The notes under the pieces: model-generated | The model's database searches: none | Seen by the model: only the letters and a program-made list of their open reading frames with translations | Told to the model about the DNA's origin: nothing | Made by a program: the position numbers and the translations under genes | Shown here: positions 9,464-17,758 of the stretch, in pieces | Layout of the letters: the number at the start of each line of letters is the position of its first letter | How positions within the stretch are numbered: the stretch's first letter is position 1 | NCBI GenBank assembly: GCA_049287005.1 | Contig: JBAQEZ010000003.1 | Location: forward strand, 95,493-159,492 | Source: Candidatus Moraniibacteriota bacterium | Lineage (GTDB): Bacteria; Patescibacteriota; Minisyncoccia; Moranbacterales; UBA1568 | Length of the DNA stretch: 64,000 nucleotides | Direction of reading: 5' to 3'

Positions 9464-9679
9464 AGTTATTTATTTTCTAGTTGTTGCTCTTTTTATCTAA
9501 GTCACAACAGATAAGCACTTCAATAAGGAGTTGATTTAGTGATACTAGTCAGAAATTCAGTTCTAACCGTATTAACTACCCAGCTCAGATAAAAACAAGG
9601 CTCATCCGCCAGTCGGCAGAGAGCCTTATTTGTTATCCTCACAGTGGACGGTCAAACCGATGAATGTTATGGTAATGGT

Positions 9680-10291
9680 ATGAAAAATATCAAGGCGATC
9701 GTTTTTGATCTGAACGGGGTTTTTATCACGAGCCCCAAGTTGAGCCACAGATTTCATCAGGATTTCGGAGTTGATGAAGAGGCTTTTTTGCTCGCGCTGA
9801 AAGATGTCATGGCTCAAGTGCGGCAGCCTCATGCCGGCGGCGCCTATTCCTATTGGCAGCCTTATCTGGAACAGTGGGGCGTGCCATTCGATGAGGAATC
9901 ATTGCTTGATTATTGGTTTGCGGCGGAAAAGGAAAACCCTGCCATGATAAAGATCTCAGAAGCGTTGAAAGCGAAGGGCATTTCCCTATTCATTCTTTCC
10001 AATAATCTGAGAGAGCGATCCGGATATTACCAGGAGCGCTTTTCTTTTTTGGGCGCTCTCTTCCAGAAAATCTATTATTCATGGCAAACAGGATTCATCA
10101 AACCGGACAGACGGGCATACGAACTCATTTTGCGAGAAAATAATCTGCGGCCCGAAGAATGTATATACTTCGACGACTCGCAAACCAATATCGCCGTCGC
10201 TCAAGGCATCGGGATAGAGAGCTATCTCTTCCAGGGCAGCGACGATGTGCAAGAAAAACTGGCAGAACTTTTGACATGTCGGATCAGTTAA
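9680..10291 (+). CDS. HAD-superfamily hydrolase
   Basis: Motif I VFDLNGV (DxDx[TV]); ILSNN and FDDS motifs. The ORF frame opens at GTG 9644 and the first ATG is 9680. Confidence 0.7.
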   Translation: MKNIKAIVFDLNGVFITSPKLSHRFHQDFGVDEEAFLLALKDVMAQVRQPHAGGAYSYWQPYLEQWGVPFDEESLLDYWFAAEKENPAMIKISEALKAKGISLFILSNNLRERSGYYQERFSFLGALFQKIYYSWQTGFIKPDRRAYELILRENNLRPEECIYFDDSQTNIAVAQGIGIESYLFQGSDDVQEKLAELLTCRIS

Positions 10292-10397
10292 CCTCAGCAG
10301 CACCTCGTTTGGTATTAAAAAAAAGCCCACTGGATAGTGTTGCTACCAGTGGGATATCAGTTTATCCGTTCTTTCTGCCTTGCTTGTTAGCGATGAG

Positions 10398-10937
10398 TCA
10401 GCGGGAAGCGCTCGCCATCTGCCTGAGGTTCTCAGCGGCGCGCTCTGCTACCGTGAAGTCGGCATATTTCCGCGGCGTAATGATGCCATACATTCCGTCC
10501 CCGAGCATGACGTTAAGCGGAATGGCGAAAGCAGGAGGCCCATCGCCGCTTGGTTGCGCGGTGGCGTAGTGGGTCGCCGTGACGTACAGGATCCACTCTT
10601 CGGGGTTGCCGCGAGCGATGACCGCTTCTTGATTGGGCCAGTCCTTGGCCTGTCCGAGCGAGATCACCTGAAAGCGTTCCGGGTGATTCACCCAGATGTA
10701 AGCATCAGACGCAATCGGCACGAGGAAAAGAAACTGCGCCGCAGCGAATGTTTTCGCGACAATGCTCCCATATTCTTCTGTGAGGCCTGGCAAGCAAGCG
10801 GCCTCACCAAACCATTGCACGCAGATATAAGGCTTCTCGTTTTCCGTGAGCCGTTCCACACTGATGGTGGGAACCAGTACGGTGGGTTTTTTGGTTCTAC
10901 TCTCGGGCTGAAACGCCCGTGGGTCGATGCTTTGCAT
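10398..10937 (-). CDS. hypothetical protein
   Basis: 179-aa ORF convergent with the HAD gene. Preferred over the overlapping plus-strand ORF 10380..11207, whose translation is Arg-rich and low-complexity and which overlaps the VKOR gene. Confidence 0.5.
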   Translation of the reverse strand: MQSIDPRAFQPESRTKKPTVLVPTISVERLTENEKPYICVQWFGEAACLPGLTEEYGSIVAKTFAAAQFLFLVPIASDAYIWVNHPERFQVISLGQAKDWPNQEAVIARGNPEEWILYVTATHYATAQPSGDGPPAFAIPLNVMLGDGMYGIITPRKYADFTVAERAAENLRQMASASR

Positions 10938-11085
10938 GGGTACTCTCCTTTGTTAAGGTCACTGTCCAGGTGGCGAACGAAATGTTGCGGACTTATATTT
11001 ATAGCATTTTTATCTGAGCATGTCCATGACTGGCGCAAGGATCGCAAAAGAGATATTATAGGAGCATCATTAAAACAGTATCTTT

Positions 11086-11532
11086 ATGAAAAAATACTCC
11101 CTTATCATGTGGCTTGCGGCGGTTGCGATAGTCAATGCGACGTATTTGAGTTACAAAGCCTATGTGTATCATTTTGTGGACCCGAACAAATTATCGACCA
11201 TATGTGATTTTTCACGCTTTAGTTCCTGCACGGACGTGCTGCGCCACCCCCTGTCTCTCGTTTTCGGTATCCCCTTCCCCTGGATAGCCCTCGTGGTATA
11301 CCCGATTTTGCTGATAGTGGCCTGGTACGGTTATCGGAAGGCTTCTCTTCTGCCGGCGAAAATCATCGTGGTGCTTTCCGGTCTCGGTATGTGTTTCAAC
11401 GGCTTTATCATCTATCGGGAGATTCGCTACATTCATGCTTACTGCATCCTGTGTCTGCTTTGTACGGCAATCATCGTTTCCATCTTTGTCTTGTCCCTCC
11501 AGCTCGTGCGAGACGCCAAAAAAGAAGCCTGA
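11086..11532 (+). CDS. vitamin K epoxide reductase (VKOR)-family membrane protein
   Basis: Four to five TM helices with CxxC (CILC) in the last helix and a conserved loop Cys pair (ICDFSRFSSC). Confidence 0.7.
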   Translation: MKKYSLIMWLAAVAIVNATYLSYKAYVYHFVDPNKLSTICDFSRFSSCTDVLRHPLSLVFGIPFPWIALVVYPILLIVAWYGYRKASLLPAKIIVVLSGLGMCFNGFIIYREIRYIHAYCILCLLCTAIIVSIFVLSLQLVRDAKKEA

Positions 11533-11555
11533 CAGGCCATGCGGCTCGTAAAACC

Positions 11556-11588
11556 TTCCCACGTGGAACCGTTTTTTACTCGAAGGGC
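11556..11588 (+). terminator. terminator hairpin containing a near-copy of the TTCCACGTGGAA palindrome core
   Basis: aaaaCCTTCCCACGTGGAACCGtttttt: a near-palindrome plus T-run just after the VKOR stop. Confidence 0.5.
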
Positions 11589-11687
11589 GGTTTTTTGTTA
11601 TCTCTTTTGGTATTGGCTTAGATAAGGGATAAGATGAGAATTAATGCATAAAAATGCTTTATATAAGCCAAATATCTGTATCGTGCG

Positions 11688-11716
11688 ATTGACACCCTGT
11701 ACATTTTGTGCTATTA
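11688..11716 (+). promoter_or_regulatory. sigma70-like promoter for the 3D-domain gene
   Basis: TTGACA-17nt-TATTAT, followed by a ~65-nt leader containing a GGTTGGCCTG direct repeat. Confidence 0.55.
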
Positions 11717-11786
11717 TCATCGGTTGGCCTGAGAAGGTTGGCCTGTTCCCCTTACGAGGGTCGCAGCTCATCTGTAAGAGCAAACT

Positions 11787-12338
11787 ATGATATTTCGGAA
11801 AGACTTTCTTTTCGTAGCAGTAGCGATAGCGATCTTTGCCAATATGCATACCGCGCAGGCGATGGGGACTGAAATAGTGTTGCCGTCAGTGACTGCCTAT
11901 GACTTCAAAAGCGATCCTTTCTTGTTCAATTGGAACTTTATTGTCCAGAATAAGCAGATCGAAACAGCTGTTGTCGCCCCCTTGTCTTTCGAAGACAAGA
12001 CGCTCAACCGTTGGAAACAGAAGCAGGCGCATCTGTGGGCCGCCCTTCCCAAAGCGAAATTCACCATCAACGCTTCTGCTTATACGGCCGCGGCCGATGA
12101 ATGTGGTAAAAGCGATGGGATCACTGCCTCAGGACTGAAGGTCGCTGAGAAGCGTACCCTGGCCTGTCCTCCGGCTTTCCCGTTCGGTACCAAGATCAGT
12201 ATCGAAGGTGTCGGCGAACTGCGCTGCGAAGACCGCGGCGGAGCGATCAAGGGCAATCACTTCGATATCTATGTTCAAACAAAAACAGAAGCCTTCGCGT
12301 TCGGTCGCCGCAACTTGGTTGCGGAAGTGATAGAGTAA
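11787..12338 (+). CDS. secreted 3D-domain protein (MltA/YuiC-like cell-wall hydrolase domain)
   Basis: Signal peptide; the C-terminal ...GTKISIEGVGELRCEDRGGAIKGNHFDIYV matches the 3D-domain signature. Confidence 0.7.
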   Translation: MIFRKDFLFVAVAIAIFANMHTAQAMGTEIVLPSVTAYDFKSDPFLFNWNFIVQNKQIETAVVAPLSFEDKTLNRWKQKQAHLWAALPKAKFTINASAYTAAADECGKSDGITASGLKVAEKRTLACPPAFPFGTKISIEGVGELRCEDRGGAIKGNHFDIYVQTKTEAFAFGRRNLVAEVIE

Positions 12339-12346
12339 GGCAAATG

Positions 12347-12382
12347 AAAAACGCCCTTTGATAAGCTCAGGGCGTTTTTTGT
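12347..12382 (+). terminator. rho-independent terminator
   Basis: aaaaACGCCCTttgataagctcAGGGCGTtttttg. Confidence 0.6.
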
Positions 12383-12394
12383 TTGCAGAAGAAG

Positions 12395-12694
12395 CTATTT
12401 CGGGGAAAGGGCGAATAGAGCGACAGAAGAAATCCCCAGGACAATAGCGGCGATTTCAAGCACCGAGAGCGTGTCTCCGAAGTAGGCGTAACCCGCAATC
12501 GCTACGAAAATCATATTGAAAAGCAGGATGCTGTAAGAAGCGGAAGCGAAATCTGCGGAGCGGAGCGTATAGCCGTAGATGCTCATACCGACGACATACA
12601 TCGTGATAGCGAAGGCATACCAAACGAAGTTCTGTTGAAAGTAGGGATGATTTTCTGCCCAAGATTTCATGAAGAAATCTCCAGCCGCAAGCAT
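12395..12694 (-). CDS. small membrane protein (~100 aa), hypothetical
   Basis: C-terminal third of the track ORF 12395..13195, starting at internal Met168 (MLAAGDFFMKSW...); the rest of that ORF overlaps two tRNA genes. Confidence 0.45.
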   Translation of the reverse strand: MLAAGDFFMKSWAENHPYFQQNFVWYAFAITMYVVGMSIYGYTLRSADFASASYSILLFNMIFVAIAGYAYFGDTLSVLEIAAIVLGISSVALFALSPK

Positions 12695-12875
12695 GCCGCC
12701 GACGGAACACAATATGATGATCTGATAGAAAGACACAGTGTGAGTATATTTGTTCAATAAGCCTATTCTAACTGAAAATTCGAAATATATACAGAGAGAT
12801 GTTTTATTGACGCTATCCTTGAACTTCGGTAGACTGATGATGTTCTCTTTTGGAGCGAAAAGAGCGTGGAAAAAT

Positions 12876-12946
12876 GGTCCGATGGCCGAGTGGTTAGGCA
12901 AAGGTCTGCAAAACCTTTTACAGCGGTTCAATTCCGCTTCGGACCT
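12876..12946 (+). tRNA. tRNA-Cys (anticodon GCA)
   Basis: Cloverleaf: acceptor GGTCCGA/TCGGACC, anticodon arm AAGGT-CTGCAAA-ACCTT, T-arm AGCGG-TTCAATT-CCGCT. Confidence 0.8.
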
Positions 12947-12960
12947 CAAAGAGGTGTATT

Positions 12961-13043
12961 GCCGTGGTGGCGGAATGGTATACGCAGAGGACTTAAAATC
13001 CTCGGGTTGCAAAACCATGCGAGTTCGAGTCTCGCCCGCGGCA
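12961..13043 (+). tRNA. tRNA-Leu (anticodon TAA), long variable arm
   Basis: Acceptor GCCGTGG/CCGCGGC, anticodon arm GAGGA-CTTAAAA-TCCTC, variable arm GGGTTGCAAAACC, T-arm GCGAG-TTCGAGT-CTCGC. Confidence 0.8.
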
Positions 13044-13053
13044 CAAGAAAATA

Positions 13054-13083
13054 AAAAAGCCGAGTGATTACTCGGCTTTTTTG
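13054..13083. terminator. bidirectional rho-independent terminator
   Basis: aaaaaAGCCGAGTgattACTCGGCTtttttt with A- and T-runs on either side; it serves the tRNA pair and the convergent UDG gene. Confidence 0.6.
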
Positions 13084-13652
13084 ATTTTCTCCAACAATGC
13101 TGGAATTTTGCTGAAATCTTTTTTGAGCGTTTCGCGCATCCCGCCGTTGTAGAGCGCAGCGGCCGGATGATAGAGCGAGAAGAAAATTTGCTCACCGATA
13201 TCGTCGAATGTTCTGCGGAAAGCCTGACCGTGCACGTCTGAGATTTTCTTGCCGGGAATGAAGTGTTCCATGGCGTGGCGGCCGAGCGTCACGATGATCT
13301 TCGGTTGGATGATTTTTATCTGCTCATGGAGCCAGGGCATGCACGCGGCGATCTCTTCCGGGAGCGGATCACGATTGTTCGGCGGCCGATATTTCACGAC
13401 GTTCGTAATATAGATATCCGCGCGCTTGAGATGGATCGTGGTGAGCATCTCAGAGAGGAATTTTCCGGCAGCTCCCACGAACGGAATCCCCTGCAGATCT
13501 TCGTTCTTTCCCGGCGCTTCCCCGACGAACATGATCTCGGCGGACGCACTGCCGTCCCCGGGCACAGCTTGCGTGGCCGCCTGTTTCAATACGCAGGTAC
13601 ACGACTCTGCCATGAGGGTATTGAGCATCGTCAGGGTTTTTTCTTTGTCCAT
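13068..13652 (-). CDS. uracil-DNA glycosylase, family 4
   Basis: [23 protein letters not shown] family-4 motif. Start taken at internal Met76 (MDKEKTL...), because the upstream part of the track ORF is low-complexity and overlaps nrnA. Confidence 0.75.
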   Translation of the reverse strand: MDKEKTLTMLNTLMAESCTCVLKQAATQAVPGDGSASAEIMFVGEAPGKNEDLQGIPFVGAAGKFLSEMLTTIHLKRADIYITNVVKYRPPNNRDPLPEEIAACMPWLHEQIKIIQPKIIVTLGRHAMEHFIPGKKISDVHGQAFRRTFDDIGEQIFFSLYHPAAALYNGGMRETLKKDFSKIPALLEKIKKAE

Positions 13653-13683
13653 GATCTTTTGGTTTTCCACGGAAGATTTTTTC

Positions 13684-14643
13684 TTATTGTATGGTCCAGC
13701 CCTCTTTCGTTTCGAGCAGTTTGCCTTGTATCTCGAAGCCGCTGGCGAGCTTGTGTCCTCCCCCGCCGAATTCATGAGCGATAGCTGAGACATCGACGCC
13801 GTTATGTTCCATCGAGCGCAGGCTGGCGCGCACGATGTTGTCGCTTCTTTCCGATAGGACGAGGGCGAATTTCGCATCCGGTACCGCGCTCAGAATCGAG
13901 GACACCTGATAGATATCTTCCGCGGAAGCCTGACAGGCCTCGACATCCTGCTGGGTGATGGCGGTCACGAGCATCCCGTTTTTTTTATTGAAACGCGCTT
14001 TTTCAAACGCTTTCCCCCACAGTTTCAGCGCGCCGATATTTTTTTTGGTGAAAAGGATCTGGGTAATCTTTTCCAGCGGCGCCCCCTTCCTCACGAGGTC
14101 GGAGGCTATTTCCATGACGCGCGGAGAAACATTGGAGTGCTGCAATCCGCCGGTATCGAACAAAATTCCCGTGAGCAGCATCGTGGCCATCGTCTTGGTA
14201 ACCTTCGCTTTTGTCACAGAGAAAAAAAGATAGAGCAATTCGGATGACGAAGAGTATTCCGCATCGATCATGACGACATCGCCCGTGATGTGAATATCCG
14301 GATGATGATCGATGAGCACCACCACTTGTTTTTCTGCCAGGTTCCCGACGACTTTATCGAAACCGCGATCGACGCTGTCGCAGGCGATGACCGCGTCGTA
14401 GCTGGTGATATCCAGCTGATCCGGGTGGAGAAACGTATGATCGAGCAGCGGCTTCACATTATCAGGAAAAGCATCGAAACAAGCGATATCCACATGTTTT
14501 CCACAGTTTTTGACGTATTCCGCCAGAGCGAGATTGGCGCCGACGGTATCGGGATCCGGCCGACTATGCGCGAAAAGCAATACGCGGTTGGCTCTTTCGA
14601 TGATGTATTCGAGAGTATGAAATTCAGCGTCAAAATTTTGCAT
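13684..14643 (-). CDS. nrnA: DHH/DHHA1 phosphoesterase, NrnA-like (oligoribonuclease / pAp phosphatase)
   Basis: DHH motif (LIDHHPD) and C-terminal GGGH motif ([12 protein letters not shown]). Confidence 0.75.
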   Translation of the reverse strand: MQNFDAEFHTLEYIIERANRVLLFAHSRPDPDTVGANLALAEYVKNCGKHVDIACFDAFPDNVKPLLDHTFLHPDQLDITSYDAVIACDSVDRGFDKVVGNLAEKQVVVLIDHHPDIHITGDVVMIDAEYSSSSELLYLFFSVTKAKVTKTMATMLLTGILFDTGGLQHSNVSPRVMEIASDLVRKGAPLEKITQILFTKKNIGALKLWGKAFEKARFNKKNGMLVTAITQQDVEACQASAEDIYQVSSILSAVPDAKFALVLSERSDNIVRASLRSMEHNGVDVSAIAHEFGGGGHKLASGFEIQGKLLETKEGWTIQ

Positions 14644-14654
14644 ACTCAGTAGTG

Positions 14655-14688
14655 AAATTTTGACAGTTTTTGAGAAAAACTGTCAAAA
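14655..14688. promoter_or_regulatory. perfect 14-bp inverted repeat TTTTGACAGTTTTT-gag-AAAAACTGTCAAAA between rbfA end and nrnA start
   Basis: Read directly; it contains TTGACA on both strands. Possible operator or weak bidirectional terminator. Confidence 0.4.
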
Positions 14689-14805
14689 ATTAGATTATTT
14701 CTTGATGGAGAATTCTTGTGTCCAGTGTCCCGCGGCCAAAATTCCAGTCGAAGTTCTGTTCCTGGGCATAACGTGTGGATAACCCTGAAAAATACCGCAA
14801 GCAAG

Positions 14806-15141
14806 CTAAAAAATTTCTTTGAGTAATTTCTCGACGACGTCTGCTTCTTGGGCGGTCGTGTCTATTTCAAAAGATATTTTTGGCATTGGCTTCATGTGTA
14901 GTTTTCCGTAGAGGTGTCTTTGGATTTTCGGCAATTCTTTTTTCAGCGTTTCTGATACGTAATGAGATTCTTTCTCCGGGAACACGCTGATAAACATCCG
15001 AGTATAGCGAAGATCTGGGGACGTGTCAATTTTGGCAATGGTAATAAACACCCCGATCTTGAGAGAAAGTTCCCGTTCCATAATTTCGGCCAGAAGCTTG
15101 CGGATCAGCTCGTTGACCCTGGTAATGCGCATTGACGGCAT
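14806..15141 (-). CDS. rbfA: ribosome-binding factor A
   Basis: 111 aa; RVNELIRKLLAEIM...KISFEID profile typical of RbfA. Confidence 0.8.
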   Translation of the reverse strand: MPSMRITRVNELIRKLLAEIMERELSLKIGVFITIAKIDTSPDLRYTRMFISVFPEKESHYVSETLKKELPKIQRHLYGKLHMKPMPKISFEIDTTAQEADVVEKLLKEIF

Positions 15142-15181
15142 AGAGGTGTATATATGAAATAGAACGAAGAGGATATCCTCA

Positions 15182-15253
15182 GTGCCCCTAGAGGGAATCG
15201 AACCCCCATCTCTCCCTTAGGACGGGATAGCTCTATCCATTGAGCTATAGAGG
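15182..15253 (-). tRNA. tRNA-Arg (anticodon CCT; assignment tentative)
   Basis: Reverse complement GCCTCTATAGCTCAATGGATAGAGC...TCCC-GTCCTAA-GGGA...GGGTTCGATTCCC...TAGGGGCA folds as a cloverleaf. Confidence 0.65.
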
Positions 15254-15405
15254 CAAACTTGCTGCTTTTCACTTGTGTATATTGCCATTCTCTCTGGCGG
15301 ACATCCGGCTCTGCTTATCCGGAACAGAGAGAACCTTTCACTCTCATGGATAGTAACAAGGAATATAGAACGCCGATATCCTTCTGTACCGCAAGTATTT
15401 GAGTG

Positions 15406-15478
15406 TGGACCGTGCCGGATTCGAACCGGCGACCTCCTCCATGCCATGGAGGCGCGCTACCAACTGTGCCAACGGCCC
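15406..15478 (-). tRNA. tRNA-Ala (anticodon GGC)
   Basis: Reverse complement GGGCCGTTGGCACAGTTGGTAGCGCG-CCTCC-ATGGCAT-GGAGG...GGTTCGAATCC...ACGGTCCA; the G3:U70 Ala identity pair is present. Confidence 0.75.
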
Positions 15479-15620
15479 ATGTAAATCACGATGCCTCTTA
15501 GAGGAGCTGCCATTCGTGCGCATCGCTTATGCTATACTTTCCTATCATACTGGTTTTTCTTGATTCGTCAATGCGTTGCCTCTTCACAAACACCCTATTT
15601 CCGCTATAATGAAGTGATTT

Positions 15621-17507
15621 ATGTTATTCTCTCCTATGATACGAAAGAGCGAACATCTCCCTGCCGGTCTCTCTTGGCATCGCATCTTTTTTGTTTTTTT
15701 TCTTTTCTCCCTTCCTTTTTCCATTCGCAAGGTTCTCGTTGTATTTTCTGCCGATGGCACTTTCAATGAGTATTTAGACGTATCCTTGTATCTTTCGGAT
15801 ATTTTGCTCCTCTGTACGGTATTTTCATACATATTATGCAATAAAGTATCAATATTGTCAATAGTATACTGGAGAAAGATGTTCCACGTGGAACATTTAT
15901 TCCTCCCTTTTTTTATTCCAGCCCTCTTGATCGTATGGTCCGGGCTCTCTATTTTTTGGTCGGCAAGTCCGCTACTCGCTGTGTATTCTTTCTCTCATCT
16001 CTTCGCAGGGTATCTTTTATACGTCTATATTTTTCTTTCTTGTGTTCCACGTGGAACAATCGCACGACATGAACCGTGTTCCACGTGGAACAAGTCTCAA
16101 ATTGGTACGGTGGAAATGTTCCACGTGGAACAATCGCACGACATGAACCGTGTTCCACGTGGAACATTCTGGTCTTGGATAGCCCAGTCCACAAAGAAAT
16201 GTTCCACGTGGAACACATATCAAGTGATTATGCTGGTATTTATAATCTCAGGTTTTTTTCAGTCCCTCATTGCTATTCTGCAATTCATAGAGCAAAAATC
16301 CCTTGGATTAAGCATTTTAGAGGAAAGTATCCTTTCACCGGCAAGTCCTGGGGTAGCCAAAGTAGTGATTGGTAGTGAGATATTCATAAGATCATACGGG
16401 CTGTTTCCTCACCCGAACATTCTTGGAGGTTTTTTGGCCGTATCTTTGCTGATGACCATAGTCTATCCATTGCTATTTACTTCCCAATTGTTCCACGTGG
16501 AACAATCAAACAGCATGAAGAATGTTCCACGTGGAACATTCTTGTCTTTTATTTCTCGTTGTATGGGTAAATGTTCCACGTGGAACACCTCACGGTCTCA
16601 TCTTGCAAAAATGTTCCACGTGGAACAATCGAGGTCTCTCTTTCTGTATAGAATGATTATTTTCTTTCAATCAGCCGCTCTTTTGTTCTCATTTTCCAAG
16701 ACGGCGATTGCTGGATTTATTATTGGGCTTGTTTTAGCCATTTTTGGTATGAAAAAAATGTTCCACGTGGAACAATCAAACAGCATGAAGAATGTTCCAC
16801 GTGGAACATTAATCGACTTAGAACCAGATACTGTGCAGAAATGTTCCACGTGGAACAAATTAAGTGCTCGTTTCAATAAAATGGGTATATTGTTCCACGT
16901 GGAACATTGGATCATTATGTTTGGCATTGTACTCACCGTTCTTGTGTTTGCCTCAGTGAATTTAAAACTTTTTATTGTTCAGCCCATTACGGAACGGCTC
17001 TTCTATATGCGGTCACTTCGGGTGTTGTGGCAAGAATATGCTTTTGAGGGCTTGGGAATAGGGCAATTTGTGTATAGGATACAGGATCTTTTCAGTGAAC
17101 CGCTCTTGAGCTGGCAGTTTCAGCCGATCCACAACGTATTTTTGCTTGTTTTCAGTGAAATCGGAGTCATTGGCCTTGGGCTGTTTCTCTGGTTTTACAT
17201 ATATGTTTTTCTAAAAAATAACCAAAATGTTCCACGTGGAACAAATCAACAAAAGGGCAGCCAATGTTCCACGTGGAACATTGGGAATAAAATTAGAGGA
17301 ATGTTCCACGTGGAACAATTTTCCGGCGTTCAGTTTCGGGGAGAATCAAAAGGCGGTAGGAAAGTTATCGCTGCCTATCTGCTCAGGTCTCTCTTGGTAG
17401 TAGTAGTCATTGCTATGCTCTTTGATCATTATTTCTGGGATATACAGCAGGGAGAACTCGTACTATGGATCATACTGGCTCTAGCCGTTTCTGAAAGCGG
17501 TTATTGA
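15621..17507 (+). CDS. O-antigen ligase (WaaL/Wzy_C)-like polytopic membrane protein carrying 17 in-frame palindromic-repeat insertions
   Basis: The 628-aa frame stays open. It has multiple TM helices and a conserved Wzy_C-like motif near the C-terminus (QPIHNVFLLVFSEIGVIGLGLF). The inserted peptides MFHVEQ / VPRGT / CSTWN are the three reading frames of the palindrome. Confidence 0.55.
   Translation: MLFSPMIRKSEHLPAGLSWHRIFFVFFLFSLPFSIRKVLVVFSADGTFNEYLDVSLYLSDILLLCTVFSYILCNKVSILSIVYWRKMFHVEHLFLPFFIPALLIVWSGLSIFWSASPLLAVYSFSHLFAGYLLYVYIFLSCVPRGTIARHEPCSTWNKSQIGTVEMFHVEQSHDMNRVPRGTFWSWIAQSTKKCSTWNTYQVIMLVFIISGFFQSLIAILQFIEQKSLGLSILEESILSPASPGVAKVVIGSEIFIRSYGLFPHPNILGGFLAVSLLMTIVYPLLFTSQLFHVEQSNSMKNVPRGTFLSFISRCMGKCSTWNTSRSHLAKMFHVEQSRSLFLYRMIIFFQSAALLFSFSKTAIAGFIIGLVLAIFGMKKMFHVEQSNSMKNVPRGTLIDLEPDTVQKCSTWNKLSARFNKMGILFHVEHWIIMFGIVLTVLVFASVNLKLFIVQPITERLFYMRSLRVLWQEYAFEGLGIGQFVYRIQDLFSEPLLSWQFQPIHNVFLLVFSEIGVIGLGLFLWFYIYVFLKNNQNVPRGTNQQKGSQCSTWNIGNKIRGMFHVEQFSGVQFRGESKGGRKVIAAYLLRSLLVVVVIAMLFDHYFWDIQQGELVLWIILALAVSESGY
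15880..17317. repeat. array of 17 perfect copies of the 16-bp palindrome TGTTCCACGTGGAACA (CACGTG core)
   Basis: Copies start at 15880, 16043, 16077, 16117, 16151, 16200, 16489, 16523, 16572, 16612, 16759, 16793, 16842, 16891, 17228, 17265, 17302. Four of them form composite units palindrome-18nt-palindrome, with related spacers ATCGCACGACATGAACCG (x2) and ATCAAACAGCATGAAGAA (x2). Confidence 0.95.
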
Positions 17508-17758
17508 CAAATAGTTAAAATATGATATAATATTCATCATCCTTTTTCAGTGTACACACACCTTCGCCGGAATGTCGTCTTGCTCTGTTGTCTGGCTGAG
17601 GGGCAATGTTCTGTTTCCTTGCGCATCGCTTCTGTTATTATCATCAGAACGGATGGAGCCAGAGCGCCCATGCGTTAGTGGAGGTATTTTTTTACGCAGG
17701 TAGTGCAGGAAAAAAGAATTGTGTTATAATTGAGCTATCTAAAAAACAAACACCGGAT

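Larger units (their letters stand above)
1..9560. mobile_element. AT-rich horizontally acquired island / prophage-like remnant (partial, extends beyond window start)
   Basis: Compositional shift to backbone GC near 9560-9600. Content is a primase zinc finger plus ATPase, the ImmA/XRE pair, repeat families and cargo cassettes. Confidence 0.55.

Noticed and set aside
10380-11207. 275-aa plus-strand ORF
   Set aside because: Its translation is Arg-rich and low-complexity. It overlaps the well-supported VKOR gene start and is antisense to the cleaner 10398..10937 ORF. It looks like a GC-rich-DNA artefact.
12395-13195. Full-length 266-aa minus-strand ORF
   Set aside because: Its N-terminal two-thirds overlap tRNA-Cys, tRNA-Leu and a terminator. 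Only the C-terminal hydrophobic ~100 aa from Met168 were kept.
14655-14688. Palindrome between rbfA and nrnA as a mobile-element terminal inverted repeat
   Set aside because: It is a single isolated copy with no partner and no associated transposase. It is more simply an operator or weak bidirectional terminator.
15880-17317. Possible CRISPR array, because of the regularly recurring identical short repeat
   Set aside because: The repeat is a 16-bp perfect palindrome, shorter than any known CRISPR repeat. The spacers are irregular (18-300 bp) and partly repeated themselves. The whole array lies inside an open membrane-protein reading frame, and no cas genes are nearby.
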